Assembly: GCF_000143415.4 (NCBI RefSeq)
Contig: NW_003314261.1
Coordinates: 1,289,674 to 1,353,673, forward strand
DNA from: Selaginella moellendorffii
Taxonomy: Eukaryota; Plantae; Lycopodiophyta
Length of the DNA stretch: 64,000 bases
Direction: 5' to 3'
The position numbers and the translations under genes are program-made. Positions within the stretch are counted from its first letter, which is position 1. The number at the start of each line of letters is the position of its first letter. The notes beneath the pieces were generated by a model that saw only the letters and a list, made by a program, of their open reading frames with translations, was not told where the DNA came from and did no database searches. This document shows positions 1-12,219 of the stretch, one piece after another.

Positions 1-790
1 GTTCCACGTCTTCCTTTCCAGCTCATTACTTCTCCGGGTCCCTTTTTCCAGTGGGGACTTGACTTCGTCGGCCCAATCAACCCACCGAGCTCAAAAGGAC
101 AGCGTTATATCATCGTGGCGACAGACTATTTCACAAAATGGGTTGAGGCCACCCCTCTGTGATAGGCAGATCAACAGTCTATAGCAAAGTTTGTCTACGA
201 GTACATCATTTGCCGATTCGGAGTTCCTACTATTTTGATTTCCGATCGTGGCAGCGGCTTCCTTGGACAGGTGATGCAGCATCTTCTCCAGCAGCTGCAG
301 GTCAAGCACGTGAAGAGCAGCAACTATTATCCTGAGTGCAATGGCTAGGCAGAGTCTAGCAACAAGATATTGAAGACAGTCATCTCAAAGCTTGTGGAGG
401 ATCATCCGAGGCGTTGGCATGAGCACTTGGTTATGGCATTGTGGGCCTTTTGGACATCCTTCAAGACATCCATCTTTGCAACCCCATTCTTCCTTGTCTA
501 TGGGATAGAGGCCATGCTTCCAATGGAGATCCAAGTGCCATCACTCTCACTTTCACTTCGATACGTAGCAACAATGCAACTTAGCGATGAGGACAAGCTT
601 CATGCACGTGACTTGGAGGTTCTTGCCTTGGAAGAACAGTGACAATCCACATCAAAACATCTCCTTCAAGGCAAGCAGAAGATCAAGTTAGCCATTGATC
701 ACCAATGGTCTACCAAACCATTCGAGGATGGCGATCTTGTTCTACTCAAGGGGTTTATGCCGCCTTCGAAATTCTCCCCTACTTTGTCTA
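1..790 (+). mobile_element. Ty3/Gypsy integrase fragment (decayed)
   Basis: Reads QWGLDFVGPINPP..RYIIVATDYFTKWVEA, CRFGVPTILISDRG, YYPECNG*AESSNK and TPFFLVYGIEAMLP, the rve integrase core, with in-frame stops. Confidence 0.9.
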
Positions 791-2585
791 GTGGCACATC
801 GGAGGTGGAGCATATATCCTAGTTGATGCTGATGGATGTGAGCTCTCACACGCTCACAACCACTCTCATCTCAAACGCTTCATCCGGTGAGGCGTTCCTC
901 TTCTCTTCTTTTTCTTTTCTTCCTGTCTTTCACTTTACTTTCATGACTCCTTTTCTTACTTTTAGAGGGTGTTTCTCCATTGTACCATGGCCCATGCCTT
1001 GGATTTTGTGCTCAGGCTGCATTGCCATTTGTATGGAGGTTCCTTGCTTGGCTTGGTCTATGTTTTAGGTTCTTTGGCCCTTCCCTTACCATTACTACAC
1101 CCCACACATTCCTCTCACTCATCCCATATCATCTACACTCACAGTTCCATCAGCAATCACTTCCAGCAGCGTTTCCTGCACTTATCTCTAGATGCCCATC
1201 TTGCATCTTTCATTCCTTCACCATCATTCACATCTCCGCTTGAGGTCATATTTACACCATACCATGGATACACATACATGCACCAGCAGCAAAAGACACC
1301 ACCTCATTTGGACTCACCGTTTCCAAGATATCCTTATGACCATTTGCCAACGACGCACTAGCATTTTTGGAGTGACTTTCTTCTAACCAGGTGAGCCTGT
1401 TCACTCAAGGCACCTAGGTGGATCTTTAGGCGAGGCTATAGAAGTCGAAGCCACTTTCTTCTACTCTAGCACTCAGTGGACACATACCACCTCTCTTTAC
1501 CGGCAACACAGTGACTATACTATCCTTTTCAGATGCTAACTTCTTCAGTCCGACACATTAGACTAGCCACCTTCTCAGAGTGCCACCACCATCTTGGCGC
1601 TCCACCATATCACTCCATCATATCAGTGCTGGAGTAGGTGCATAAGTAGGAGTGAGAGCATGTGGTTACCGGTTACAGGTCCCTAGTTGCTGATTACTAG
1701 TTACTGGTTACCGGTTACCAGTTACTCCGAGTGGTCAGCACTTACACTATAGGCCAACGGTTATCAATGGCTACCTTTTCAGAGTGCCACCATCATCTCG
1801 GTGCTCCACCATATCACTCCATCTTTTATCATTTTCACACTTACCACCCTTGGGTAATGCATCCCCTCTTCTACCTCTCTTTCTTTCTAAAATTCGGCCA
1901 ATCCTTAGAGCATACTGGAAGTCATCAAGAGGTTGCATTTGCATATTACACTTTCCTAAGTCAAAATCTATATACAGGTTAAGTTCTTTGGGTACTTACT
2001 CTTTTTCCCCTATTTTTCTCCTTTTTTCACAATTTTTCTGCACTTTTCTTTAACTTCAAGGTCCAGTTTAACTACAGGGTTTCCCACTAGGTTTTCCTCC
2101 TTGTCTCCAAATTTCACACCTACCTCTTTTCTTTCTTTTCCACTTTGTTTTCTACAGTTTTTACTATCTCACACAGCTACCAGCACTTGGCATTAGGGGG
2201 ATGGTCCAAAGTTGAGTTGAGCTCAATTCAGCTCAAGTCAATGCTAGTCAACATAGACAACCATAAGTCTTATAAGGAAATATTAAGTCAGAAAAATGTT
2301 ATTCTTTGGTGAACTTGAAATTTATGAATTTAAGTATCAATGGTTTAGAGAGATTTCTATTTTTGAATCTTTCTAATGTAGTTTATACAATTTCTAGAAT
2401 TAGAAGTTCGTCTGAGCCCATAGAAATTTTTGGGCTTTATTGGTCCCAAATAAAATGGGAATATTGAGAATGAACCTAAAATTTCTATTGTACATTTCAA
2501 CATTTTAACATTTTAACAATTGACCAGAAATATATAAATAATTCGAAACACTGATTCACTCATTCAATCTTTAGGGTTTACAGAG

Positions 2586-2830
2586 ATGGGAAGCAAGGAA
2601 GACAAAAAATCTGTAAATAGTTCTAGCATACAGAAATGTGAGAATATTAATTTTGTTTCACTACCACAATCTCCATATTACATGCCTAGTCTTTATTACC
2701 CATCCAGGAATGTGGAGACCACTATCACTATTGATAAAAATGCTCCTGTTACTTCCGAAACAACAATCTAGAGCAAGAGAAAAGAAGAAATGGACAGCAT
2801 AACGGAAAGCACTAATAAATCCACTCTATA
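2586..2830 (+). pseudogene. Small MULE-borne ORF of unknown function (copy A)
   Basis: MGSKEDKKSVNSSSIQKCENINFVSLPQ... is conserved with the copy B ORF at 53060-53260. No recognisable domain. Confidence 0.3.
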
Positions 2831-3273
2831 AACCTTTCAATGGCTTTTGTAATCCACTAAAATATTATAAAAAAAATGTAAGTTTTTTATATATATCTTA
2901 TTCCTTTTGATATGTTTTGTCTTTGCAAAGATATATGATGTGGACAAATCAAAGAATTAAATCTATATATGATTTTGGGATTGAAAGGTAATCTTGCAAA
3001 AAGGCATACTCACGTGCCTGTGTATATTCGCTATTATTATATATGGCAGGCCAACTATATAAAATAAGGCTACATATTAATTATATGCTAGTTTTTAGCT
3101 TCTGAAACCCTATAGCCACTTGTCTCTCATAGTAGGTTGTAATTACTAAGACTAACAATTATCATTCAATATAGTGTCATATCATAATAAAACATCATTC
3201 CCGAGATTGAAATATAGTATATTAATGAGAGAATTCTTATTGCTAGGAAGTTTAATTCTTCTTGTGTGTTGCA

Positions 3274-3828
3274 ATGGTTAGGAAGAAGTTTACTTTTGGT
3301 CCCGAAGGCCTCTCATATGAGTCTCCACCTCCATCTCCAATCTCAACCAATAATCCACTTTCACCTCTACACAACAATCCTCCTCTTCATTTTGAGGGCT
3401 GTTGTAAGGCTCTTCCATTTGCGACCTCGAATGCAACTGAACAAGAACTCCTTCCTTATGATGTTGTTAAAAAAGTTGGATTGCCTCCAATGCTTCAAGA
3501 GTGATGTCAATATTTTCTTCAAGATCTTGCTCCAAATATGGCAGGGGAGCTTAATGTAGATACATATTATCTTCAGTGTCCTATATGCAACTTTTATTTA
3601 AACAAAACAGATGGTTGCATGGGTTTGGTAAATTTTATTGAGCATTGTCGCAAATGTCCAAGCACGGGTTTGGAAGGTGTGCACGTGTGGATGTATAAGA
3701 AAATCAAGAAAAAATTAAAAACACACAACTATTATGATTTCATGTTAGAGAACAATATTCCATTGGTGAACACTATATCAATAAGTGTTGAATATAGAAT
3801 ATTTAAGCCACCCTTTATTGTAATGTGA
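3274..3828 (+). pseudogene. MULE cargo gene 1: unknown protein with CxxC...HCxxC motif
   Basis: MVRKKFTFGP..YESPPPSP..GLPPMLQE*CQYFLQDLAP..YYLQCPICNFYLNKTDGCMGLVNFIEHCRKC. One premature stop, which reads through as R in copy B (52150-52578). Confidence 0.55.
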
Positions 3829-4086
3829 AAGTCATACATAGTTTTTTCAAAAGTTTAATTCTTTATGAGTAAAGTGGAGAATCTTATATTTTCGAGAATG
3901 ATAGTATTCTAGCATGTATGAAGATATTATTATATATACAAGTGGTTCTGACACTATTATAATTCTGAAGTCCCATTTTTAAGACTGACAATTTAAACTT
4001 TCAAGAACCCTTAGATCTTTTCTTAGTATAAATACCAACAAGGGATGCTTTCAACATTGAAATTTCAGTTTGTTTAGAGTGTAGGA

Positions 4087-4450
4087 ATGGCTAGGGAAAA
4101 TGCTATTGTTACTCGCACTTGGCCCCCATGCATTTCATATGAGTCTCCACCTCCGTCTCTAACTTCTACCAACATTCCACCCTTCCCTCCATACATGAAT
4201 CGTTGTGAGGCTTTTTCTTTTGTAGCCCCAAGTGGGACGGAACAAGGGATCCCTTTTCCAGATAATGTTTTAGATGTTGCTCCTAAAGAGGGATTGCCTC
4301 ATGTGCTTCAAGAGGGATGCCAGATGTTTCTTCAAGATCTTGCTCCCGATAGGGTGGAAACTTTTGAAAGAAGGAACCCATATTATCTCTAGGGTCCCAT
4401 CGGCTACTTTTATTTAGATAAAATGGAAGGCTGTATGGGTCTAGAAACTA
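4087..4450 (+). pseudogene. MULE cargo gene 2: tandem paralogue of cargo gene 1
   Basis: Shares YESPPPS, CEAFSF, GLPHVLQEGCQMFLQDLAP and YYL*GPIGYFYLDKMEGCMGL with gene 1. Its 3' end is deleted here but retained in copy B (51330-51470). Confidence 0.55.
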
Positions 4451-4624
4451 CATCCCCAAGGGCGGAATAGGGTATTTTTGGGCCATCCTCCGGAAAATTC
4501 CAGCCCCTAATAATTCTTCCCCTAGGATATTATTTATCCCCCCCCCCCCCCCCCCTCGCCTTTTTCTTATTAACAAAATTGTATTACCTATAGATAATAA
4601 ACTGATAATACTAGTAATTATGAA

Positions 4625-4760
4625 ATTTGACAGACTGACACTGTAACTTTGTCATCTCTAACACTGACACTGTGTCTGTCACTGACACTATCACTGTCGC
4701 TATCTGCTGCACTGACACTGTCAGTGTCACAATCATTATCACATTGACATGTGACACATC
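4625..4760. repeat. Degenerate ~6-bp tandem array (ACTGAC/ACTGTC-like), next to a C18 tract at 4538-4555
   Basis: gactgacactgtaac..actgacactgtgtctgtcactgacactatcactgtc. Mirrored at ~51035-51140, with G19 at 51214-51232. Confidence 0.8.
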
Positions 4761-4929
4761 TTTCTCATTGCAAGTGGATGCATTCAATTGTCTTTTAATG
4801 TATCATTAATAAATAGATTTTTCATACCACTCCTCAATTTACACATTGCATATGATGTGCCATGCATACCTAGGAAGACTTCTAGAAAACTAAATATATA
4901 TTATTTATAAGTTTTTAAAACATCATAAA

Positions 4930-7900
4930 TTACCTCCTAGAAGCAACTGATAGAGAAAGACAAAAACCTCGAAGACGGCGTTTGAAGAACTCATATTCTT
5001 CAATCGCAAACACTGATCTACCAGAGTCACGTGCTGCTTCAACCATTGAACCGCTACCTACTGTGCAATCGATGACAACACCCCTAGTTGGGCAATAAAG
5101 CTCAAGTAGGACATGCATTGCCAATGGAGATCAGAACCGATACCCAAACAATGTGTTGCGGATGTCGTCGTCTATGAGATTTGGTATGATGTTAGTAAAG
5201 CTATCATACCCTGGCAAAACCCTTGCAGCACGCTCGCTATCATGAAAACCGTCATTTTCTTTTCTGTAGAACACATGGTAGGTCCACATTATAACATGAA
5301 TAATAAAACTTTAGAGACAACCAAAACAAAAAATGATTTCTTACCTTCTCTAGCATGCTTAGGACACCTTTGGTCTCGACCCCAACACTATCCATGATGC
5401 ATCCAAAAGAGAACCTCTTGAAGTTGACTCAACTTGCATACCTCATAAGGCAAGACATCCAATGGGTCATTCGGGAGAATGAAGGCAACTTGATCGGTTG
5501 TGTGAAAGAGAATTGTTGCCAAAAGGAATGCATCCTTCAAGTAGTCTTTAGTCAGGTTGTTCCAGCTTGGGACATCACCATTAGCATCTGGAAGACCATT
5601 TGGCATGTCAAAGAGCATGAAGTTTGTGCTCTTGAGCGGTTGCCTATGGATCTTTTGACAAAAGCGCTCCCACTTTTTCCGGATAGCCATATTCTCAACA
5701 TCCTCCTCAAAAGATGCCATCAATGAAATATAGGAGCCAATAAAGATCCCAACTTCACCACGGAATGCCACTAGAGATACAGGGCGAATCTAGGGGGAGA
5801 AGACAAAGATAAGATGTGAACTTAAGAAAAATTTACATACCGTCATGTGGCGTGTGGTAGATGTAAGTTCCTCCAAGTCCTCTTCTCGAGCATCAAGATG
5901 AGCTGGAATGAAGTTACTCCCGATAGTTTTTGCTGCAACCATTTTGAGGAACTAGGAAAAGGAGAGAATTAAAAGAAATATACCTCGAGAAGTTCCTCGG
6001 TTACGGGGACGTCTTGGACGATCATCATCACTGTTGACTAATTCCTCCAGATGTGGATTTGCACGCTGTCATCGAGGTAGAACTTCTTGGACGTTCTGGT
6101 TCTCTTGCTCGACTTCGTCTCGAAGAATCTTGTTCTCACCGCCATCTTCACTTTGCTCGCCATTGGCACCAACAGGGTCGACATTCTCATGGCCATCATC
6201 TTCGTCATCATTGTTGCCTCTTGCAGCCTCATGGTGGGTTGGTTCATAATCTAGCATCTCCAATTCCCAAGAACAAGCGCGCTTTATTGCTGCTGGAAAC
6301 TTCATTGTTGTGGGGTACATGCCTCCATCTCTCACACCATGCCTCAGGAGGCATGTGCATACCGGTGTTTCGAGAGGAACGCCTCTATATTGGAGATACC
6401 TATAATAAAATATAAACAATTGAGCATAGTTGAGAAATTGTATGTTATCTGAAAGCCGCTCGAAGCATGAAGTAAGGTTGGCCAAGTTGTTTATCAAATA
6501 GAGTTGTGCTTGTGGCCTTTTTTGGCAGCCAGTCCTCTCCGAGTTTTGTAAGCTCAATGGTGACGAAGTCCTTAAATGGAAGTTGCTCAAGATCATCCCC
6601 TATGAAAGGCGCTAGAAACATCTCCCCTTCATATACAGTTTGTGAAATGTAGACGGTCCTCCTTATCACAGTTTCCATTATATTGTCCAAACTTTTTTCT
6701 CCTTCCGTAAGTCTGCTATTGAGGTTGTTTAGAATGTGTATCTGTTCCTCATATGTAAGCTTTGACTTTGAGATGTTGTAAATAATTTCATCTGGAGTCT
6801 TGCCCACTAAAAAATAACTTTTGTGAGAACCTTCATGTAAACACAAACAATACTTACTTTCATAACAAGCAATCTCTGTTATAATATCGAACCACTCTTT
6901 GGGTGTCGAGGGTCAGCCACACTAAGTAATTTCTTTACCTTTGTCTTCTTTGTGTTGTTGATTTTCTTGTCAATTGCAGCTAAATGCTCTAAGAGTTCTT
7001 GATCATTTTCAGCTCGATGTGACTGTGCATATGCATCTTTCTTAACCTTCACTAATGGCTGAAGACAACACAAACATTCTATGATAAGAAGTATACTTGA
7101 AAGAACATACCTTACTCCACACAGCTGTCATAAAAGCCACTGGATTCTTGTACCATCTATTGGCATCCTGATGACCTCGTTGATGGCGAATAAGTGATGC
7201 TAAATCATCACCATAGTGGCTGCGGACTGCATCCTCGTCGAGATTGGCAAGAAACCAGATCTGCTCAATATCATGTACTAGGCTTTGTTTCTGCACTGCA
7301 AAACACAAATTGTTAAAAGTGATTGAAGAGGGAGAGGTACTTATGCATTAATTTTGTGGCAAGCTATCACAAGCCTTGCCACATCTAGAGATCCTCTCGC
7401 GTGTACATGTCCAACTGGAACATTGATGTGATAGACAGGATCGTCTTAGAAGCATTCTCGGATGCACTTCATCCACATGCACTAGTGATGATTCCCATCG
7501 ATAATGTAGAACATTTTCCCCACAAATTGTTGAGTCTCAGGATGGCTCATAAGCTTGATGTCAAATTCACGGGACTTCATTTTCCAAATGTCATCCCAAT
7601 CCCTCTCGATTTCCGGTGACACTGAGAGGGTATTTGTCATTCCTAGCTTGAAGACCGAAACAAGGAACATACCTATGTTTGTCCCAAGGCCATTCTGTTT
7701 GTACAGACTATAGATGTCCATGTTGACGAAGTGCGGTGAAGCAGACCGAACGATGCTTGTCTGAGTGAATCGACATAGTGGGATTTCTCGGATTATGTGC
7801 CCCGAGCCTTCCCACTTGAGAGACTCTAGAGTCGTGTGAATGGCCTTCTCTTTAGTTCTCAAAATTGTCTCTTGGAAGCGCTTGTCGACAATGTGTTCAG

Positions 7901-8441
7901 GTAGCTCCACTTTTCTTTCAGCTTCAGCTACACCTCCAGTAACACCATTATCAGATCTAGCCCCCGACTCGGGCCCAACACCGCCATCAAGCGCACTTGG
8001 GCACTGCTCCATTTCTGCCATATTTTGTGAATATGTTAAGAGTAGTGGCATTTGTGGTTGTGGCAGCAATGGTAGTGATGACAATGGTTGCACTGGTGGT
8101 GGTGATGATGGTGGCGGTGGTGGTGGTAATGGTGGTGATGATGGTGGTGGTGGTAATGGTGGTGATGACGGTGGTGGTAATGGTGGTGATGAAGGTAACG
8201 GTGGCGGTGGTGGTAATGGTGGTGGAGGTGGTGGCGGTGGTAATGGTGGTGGTGGCATCGATGGCGGTGGTGGGGGTGGTGGGGGTGCATGTGGACTGAA
8301 GCTATCTGGTTGAGAAGACAGTAGAGTTGTCGCTGTGGAAATCTTTATCTGAAGGTCAACTTGATTGTCATCCTGGATCTCATCTTCCTCATGTCTTCTC
8401 TTTGATCCAATATCCCTCTCCTTTTGTAGTTGCTTCCATTT
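4930..8441 (-). pseudogene. Multi-exon ParB/Srx-like domain + beta-class N6A/N4C DNA methyltransferase fusion (copy A)
   Basis: Pro-rich N-region, then IIREIPLCRF..IVRS and FYIIDGNHH* (ParB DGxHR-like), then an acidic linker. The MTase motifs follow in beta order: GIFIGSYISLM (X), NFMLFDMPNG (IV-like), ILFHTTDQVAFI (V/VI), LLELYCPTRGVVIDCTVGSGSMVEAARDSGRSVFAIEE (I/II). Short GT-AG introns and several stops. Confidence 0.75.
8040..8290 (-). repeat. (CCA)n-type trinucleotide tract coding for poly-proline
   Basis: ggt/ggc/gat triplet repeats on the + strand, in frame with ORF 7482-8258. Confidence 0.9.
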
Positions 8442-8549
8442 CTGAAAATAAAGAAAAACTCATTATAAATTATAAATGCATAAGAAGAGGGGAACAGGGC
8501 ATGGTCTCGGTGCAGGCGCCGGTTTGCCAGCGAACCGGGCCACCCCCAA

Positions 8550-11500
8550 GCAAAACATGGCAAAGTAAAGACTTAGCTTGGTTCCACTGTGTTGGCTATT
8601 GTTGTAAGCAAATTGCACCAACGGAAGATATAGATCCCATTGTCCTTGCCTTTGACCAATGCTACAATGTAGCATATCCTCCACCATCTGATTCATACGC
8701 TCGGTTTGCCCATCCGCCTGAAGATGATCTTCACTCGAGAGTTTCAAAGTCACATGCATAGCCTTTGCAAAGCTTTTCCAAAATCCATTAGTGAACTTTG
8801 AATCTCGATCACTAATTATGTCCTCTAGCAAACCAAAATCAGGAAAACCTTTTCTAAGTAAACCGCAGTCAAGTCTGAGGCAATGATAGTCTTCCGAAGA
8901 GCCAACAACTGCACATACTTCGTCAACCGATCCATTATGACCATACTTGCTCCTTTTGCCTCTGTGTTCGTGGCAAACAAGTGATGAAGTCCATAGAGAT
9001 ACTACACCAACGACTCTGAGGAATAGGTAAAGGTTGCAAAAGTCCCCCCGGCTTCTCCTGTGGCACCTTAACCTGTTGACAAAGCTTGCATGATTTACAA
9101 TACTTGAGGATATCAGCCTTCATATTCCTCCAATAAAAATTGAGTTTAATCAAGTCATATGTTTTCTTCCCCTCAAAGTGACCGGACTCTTGACAATCAT
9201 GATAGTGGAAAAAAACTTAAGTAATTAACGCATCCATCCATGGCAAATATACACGGCCATTGTAGTAGAGAATCTCATCCACCAATGAGAAAGGGGCTTC
9301 CATCTAGTCTCGCAAAGAGGCCACCTCAGCATCCTGAGCTTGAGCATGCCCAACCAACTGCCCAAACTCACTGACCACCTTACTCAAATGATGACAAAAT
9401 CATGTTTGTAACGTTGTCATATGACGAATATGAGATAAAGCATCTACCACCACATTTGATTTTCCCGGACGATGCTCAATAGGAAACTCCCCAAACTCCA
9501 TGAGTTTGACCATCCAACAAGCTTGTGTAGTGTTCAACTCCTTCTGTGTGAAAAGATACACAAGTGGTTTATGATCTATCAACACCATGAACACTACACC
9601 ATAAGATAGTGCCACCACATTCGCAAAGCATGAACAATAAAGAGTAACTCTTGCTCATATGTGGAATAGTGTTGCTCTGTGAAATTCAAAGTTCGACTCT
9701 TATATGCAATAGGCTGTCCCTCTTGCATGAGAACTCCTCCCAGGGCATAACCACTCGCATCACATGTCACCTCATAAGGTTTTGATGAATCAGCAATACG
9801 AAGCACTAGAGTCTTGCTCAACAATCGTTTTAGCGCCACAAAACTCTCCTCTTGTGGCTTCTTCCACTCGAATGGCATATTCTTGCATAACAACCGTGTC
9901 AAAGGAATAGCCACCTTTGCAAACTTATGCTGGAAACGTCGGTAGTAACTACCAAGAAAACTACGCAACTTAGCCACTATAATCGGTGTAGGCTAGTTTT
10001 CCACCACAACCACCTTCCGTGGATCTGTCTTGACACACTTAGATGTCACAATATGGCCTAGATATTCCACCTCCGACTTTGCATATTCACATTTGCTCTT
10101 TTTCACATAAAGTTTGTTGTCTCGGAGTAACAAAAGAACCTTGCGTAAATGCACCTTATGCTCCTCCATCTTGCTAAAAAAAAGAATATCATCCAAGAAA
10201 ATCTCAAGAAACTCATGAAGATAACACCCAAAAACCTCTGTCATCAACCGAGTAAATGTGGCTGGTGCATTCGTCAAACAAAATGGCATAACTGTAAACT
10301 CAAAATGTCCAAAGCTTGTGTTGAATGCCGTCTTAGAGATAGATCATCATGCATCGTTAAGTACATCCCATACTACTGCTTCTCCCCCAAGTCACAAACA
10401 AACAGTAAGTAACTCGAAAGTGCTTTTCCATTACAACAAGCCCGCTTCAAAGATGTAGCAGAGAGCATAACAACTGGTGGTTGAACACCCTTGCCAAACT
10501 ACACATCTTTAACGCCACCATACTCCAGCGAGATACACTTAATACTCCACTTTATCTCTGGATCCACCTTCACTAACCATAGCATCCCAAGAATGAGATC
10601 CACACGATGGATATCCACGAGTCTCAGATAAAAAGTCACCAGAAGTGTGGTTTTGCCAACCAACACTTCCAGCCCCTCGACACAAGCATCAAAATATTGA
10701 GTAGAGGTAGTTGCACCTTCCACTGTGTATGGAAGAACTCCGCATGTGACCAGGCCATGCTCCACAACAAAATTTGCCGAAACAAAGTTGTCATCGCTCC
10801 CACTATTCAGTAAAATCCGCACTAGATCACCACGGAACATGCCCTCTAGCATTAAAGCTGATTTACACGTATCCTCGAGCTCTATTTTGTTCCACACACA
10901 GTTGAGTTGATGAGGAACGATCGAAAGTCTCTTCCTCCGATTGGAATGGTCGTTCTCATCATCCTCACGCTGCAAAGTTTGCAACTTTTTAGTATTTGAC
11001 TTACCGTGAGAAGAAGATTTGCCATTCTTCTTGTCCCGCTGCTTGTTCTTTAATTGCGGACAATCAGCCTTGTAGTGTCCAAGTTTGCCGCAATGATAAC
11101 AACCTTGTCTATAATTCTTCATAAAGAACTTCTGCTTCTTAGACACCTTTGCATCTGAAGTAGTCACCACCGACTTCAACTTGTGATGTTTGTTCCCATC
11201 CTTGTGTCCACGGCGATCATCACATCAAGTCTCGATAGAAGGACTCCGCGAACGCTTGCGAGACTTGTGCTTGTCATTGTCAAGTTGATGAACCGCATCA
11301 AAGAGCTTCTCCAAACTCTTTGTAAGTTGAGAATGACGCAAGTGTTGCCCATTCTCTCACTATGTAGGCCATCAATGAAGTAGGACTTGTTTTGATCTGG
11401 ATCCTTCGTTGGAACACGACTAATTAAGCGAGTAAGCTTCTCAATATAGTCCCCGAGCGTCATTTTCCCTTGCTAGAAATATCGAAGTTCTATACAAGCA

Positions 11501-12200
11501 TCCTCCACATCCTAATGAGGGGCAAAACGTAAACAGAAAGCAGCCTCAAACTCATCTATAGTAGACACTAATGGTTTCTTATCCGCAACACAAGACTCCT
11601 CAAGCCAATTCCACCATCGAAGACCCGCATCACGCAAACCATCGGAATAGCCACTAAAGCCTTTGCATCTGAAGTTTCGTAGCAGCCAAAAACTTCTTCA
11701 CATTGGCTAGCCAAGCAAGACACTCATCCACACCACCATCACCGAAAAAGGTTGGAATCTTAAGTCGATCTACCAAAGAAGGTTTACTTGGAGCGCTACC
11801 CCGTCCAGCCTCGAGTGCCTCAACACGCCCATGCATGGTATCCATCATACCATACATCTCATCTTGCATCTCTTGCTGATTTCGATTAAGGGCTCGCAGC
11901 TCATGAACCACATCTTGAATGGTCCAAATCTCCATAGATTCGTCGGCACCATCGTCGGCACCACTATTGACAATAGGATTCCAGCATTCAACTTGGTTGG
12001 CCATCGCAACCAACCTCTCTCTGATACCAATGTTATGATCCGGCGCAAAAAGACAAAGATCTAGTTGCCCTAGACTATGCTACACCACCTCTTGAGGTTC
12101 CTCACCACCCAACCACCCCCAAGCTACCTCAAAAGCTCCACTGCGCCACCACTCCATTGTAGCCTCCCTTTGACCAATGTTGACCACGTGGTCAAAACTG
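8550..12200 (-). mobile_element. Decayed Ty3/Gypsy retrotransposon (gag-PR-RT-RH-INT), 3' truncated
   Basis: PBS TGGTATCAGAG at ~12029-12019 next to an LTR end at 12031. Gag, CCHC knuckle CYHCGKLGHYKADC, protease LLNSGS, RT FLDDIL, RNase H CDASGYALGGVL and integrase ISMDFITCLP/IISDRDSKF, all with frameshifts. Confidence 0.92.
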
Positions 12201-12219
12201 GCACCTAACACTCCAAATG

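Larger units (their letters stand above)
2196..8500 (+). mobile_element. Truncated inverted copy (copy A) of the ParB-MTase-carrying MULE: terminus plus cargo arm
   Basis: Starts GGGGGATGGTCCAAAGTTGAGTTGAGCTCAA and is the reverse complement of 53664 back to ~44660 over kilobases. It ends at a junction with an LTR scrap and a Gypsy relic near 8500. Confidence 0.85.

Noticed and set aside
7840-8313. Gly-rich, Val-rich and His-rich ORFs
   Set aside because: Alternative-frame or antisense readings of the poly-Pro trinucleotide tract.
4930-8441. Bacterial contamination as the source of the ParB-MTase
   Set aside because: The gene has spliceosomal-type introns, occurs twice within plant transposon context and is interrupted by LTR elements.
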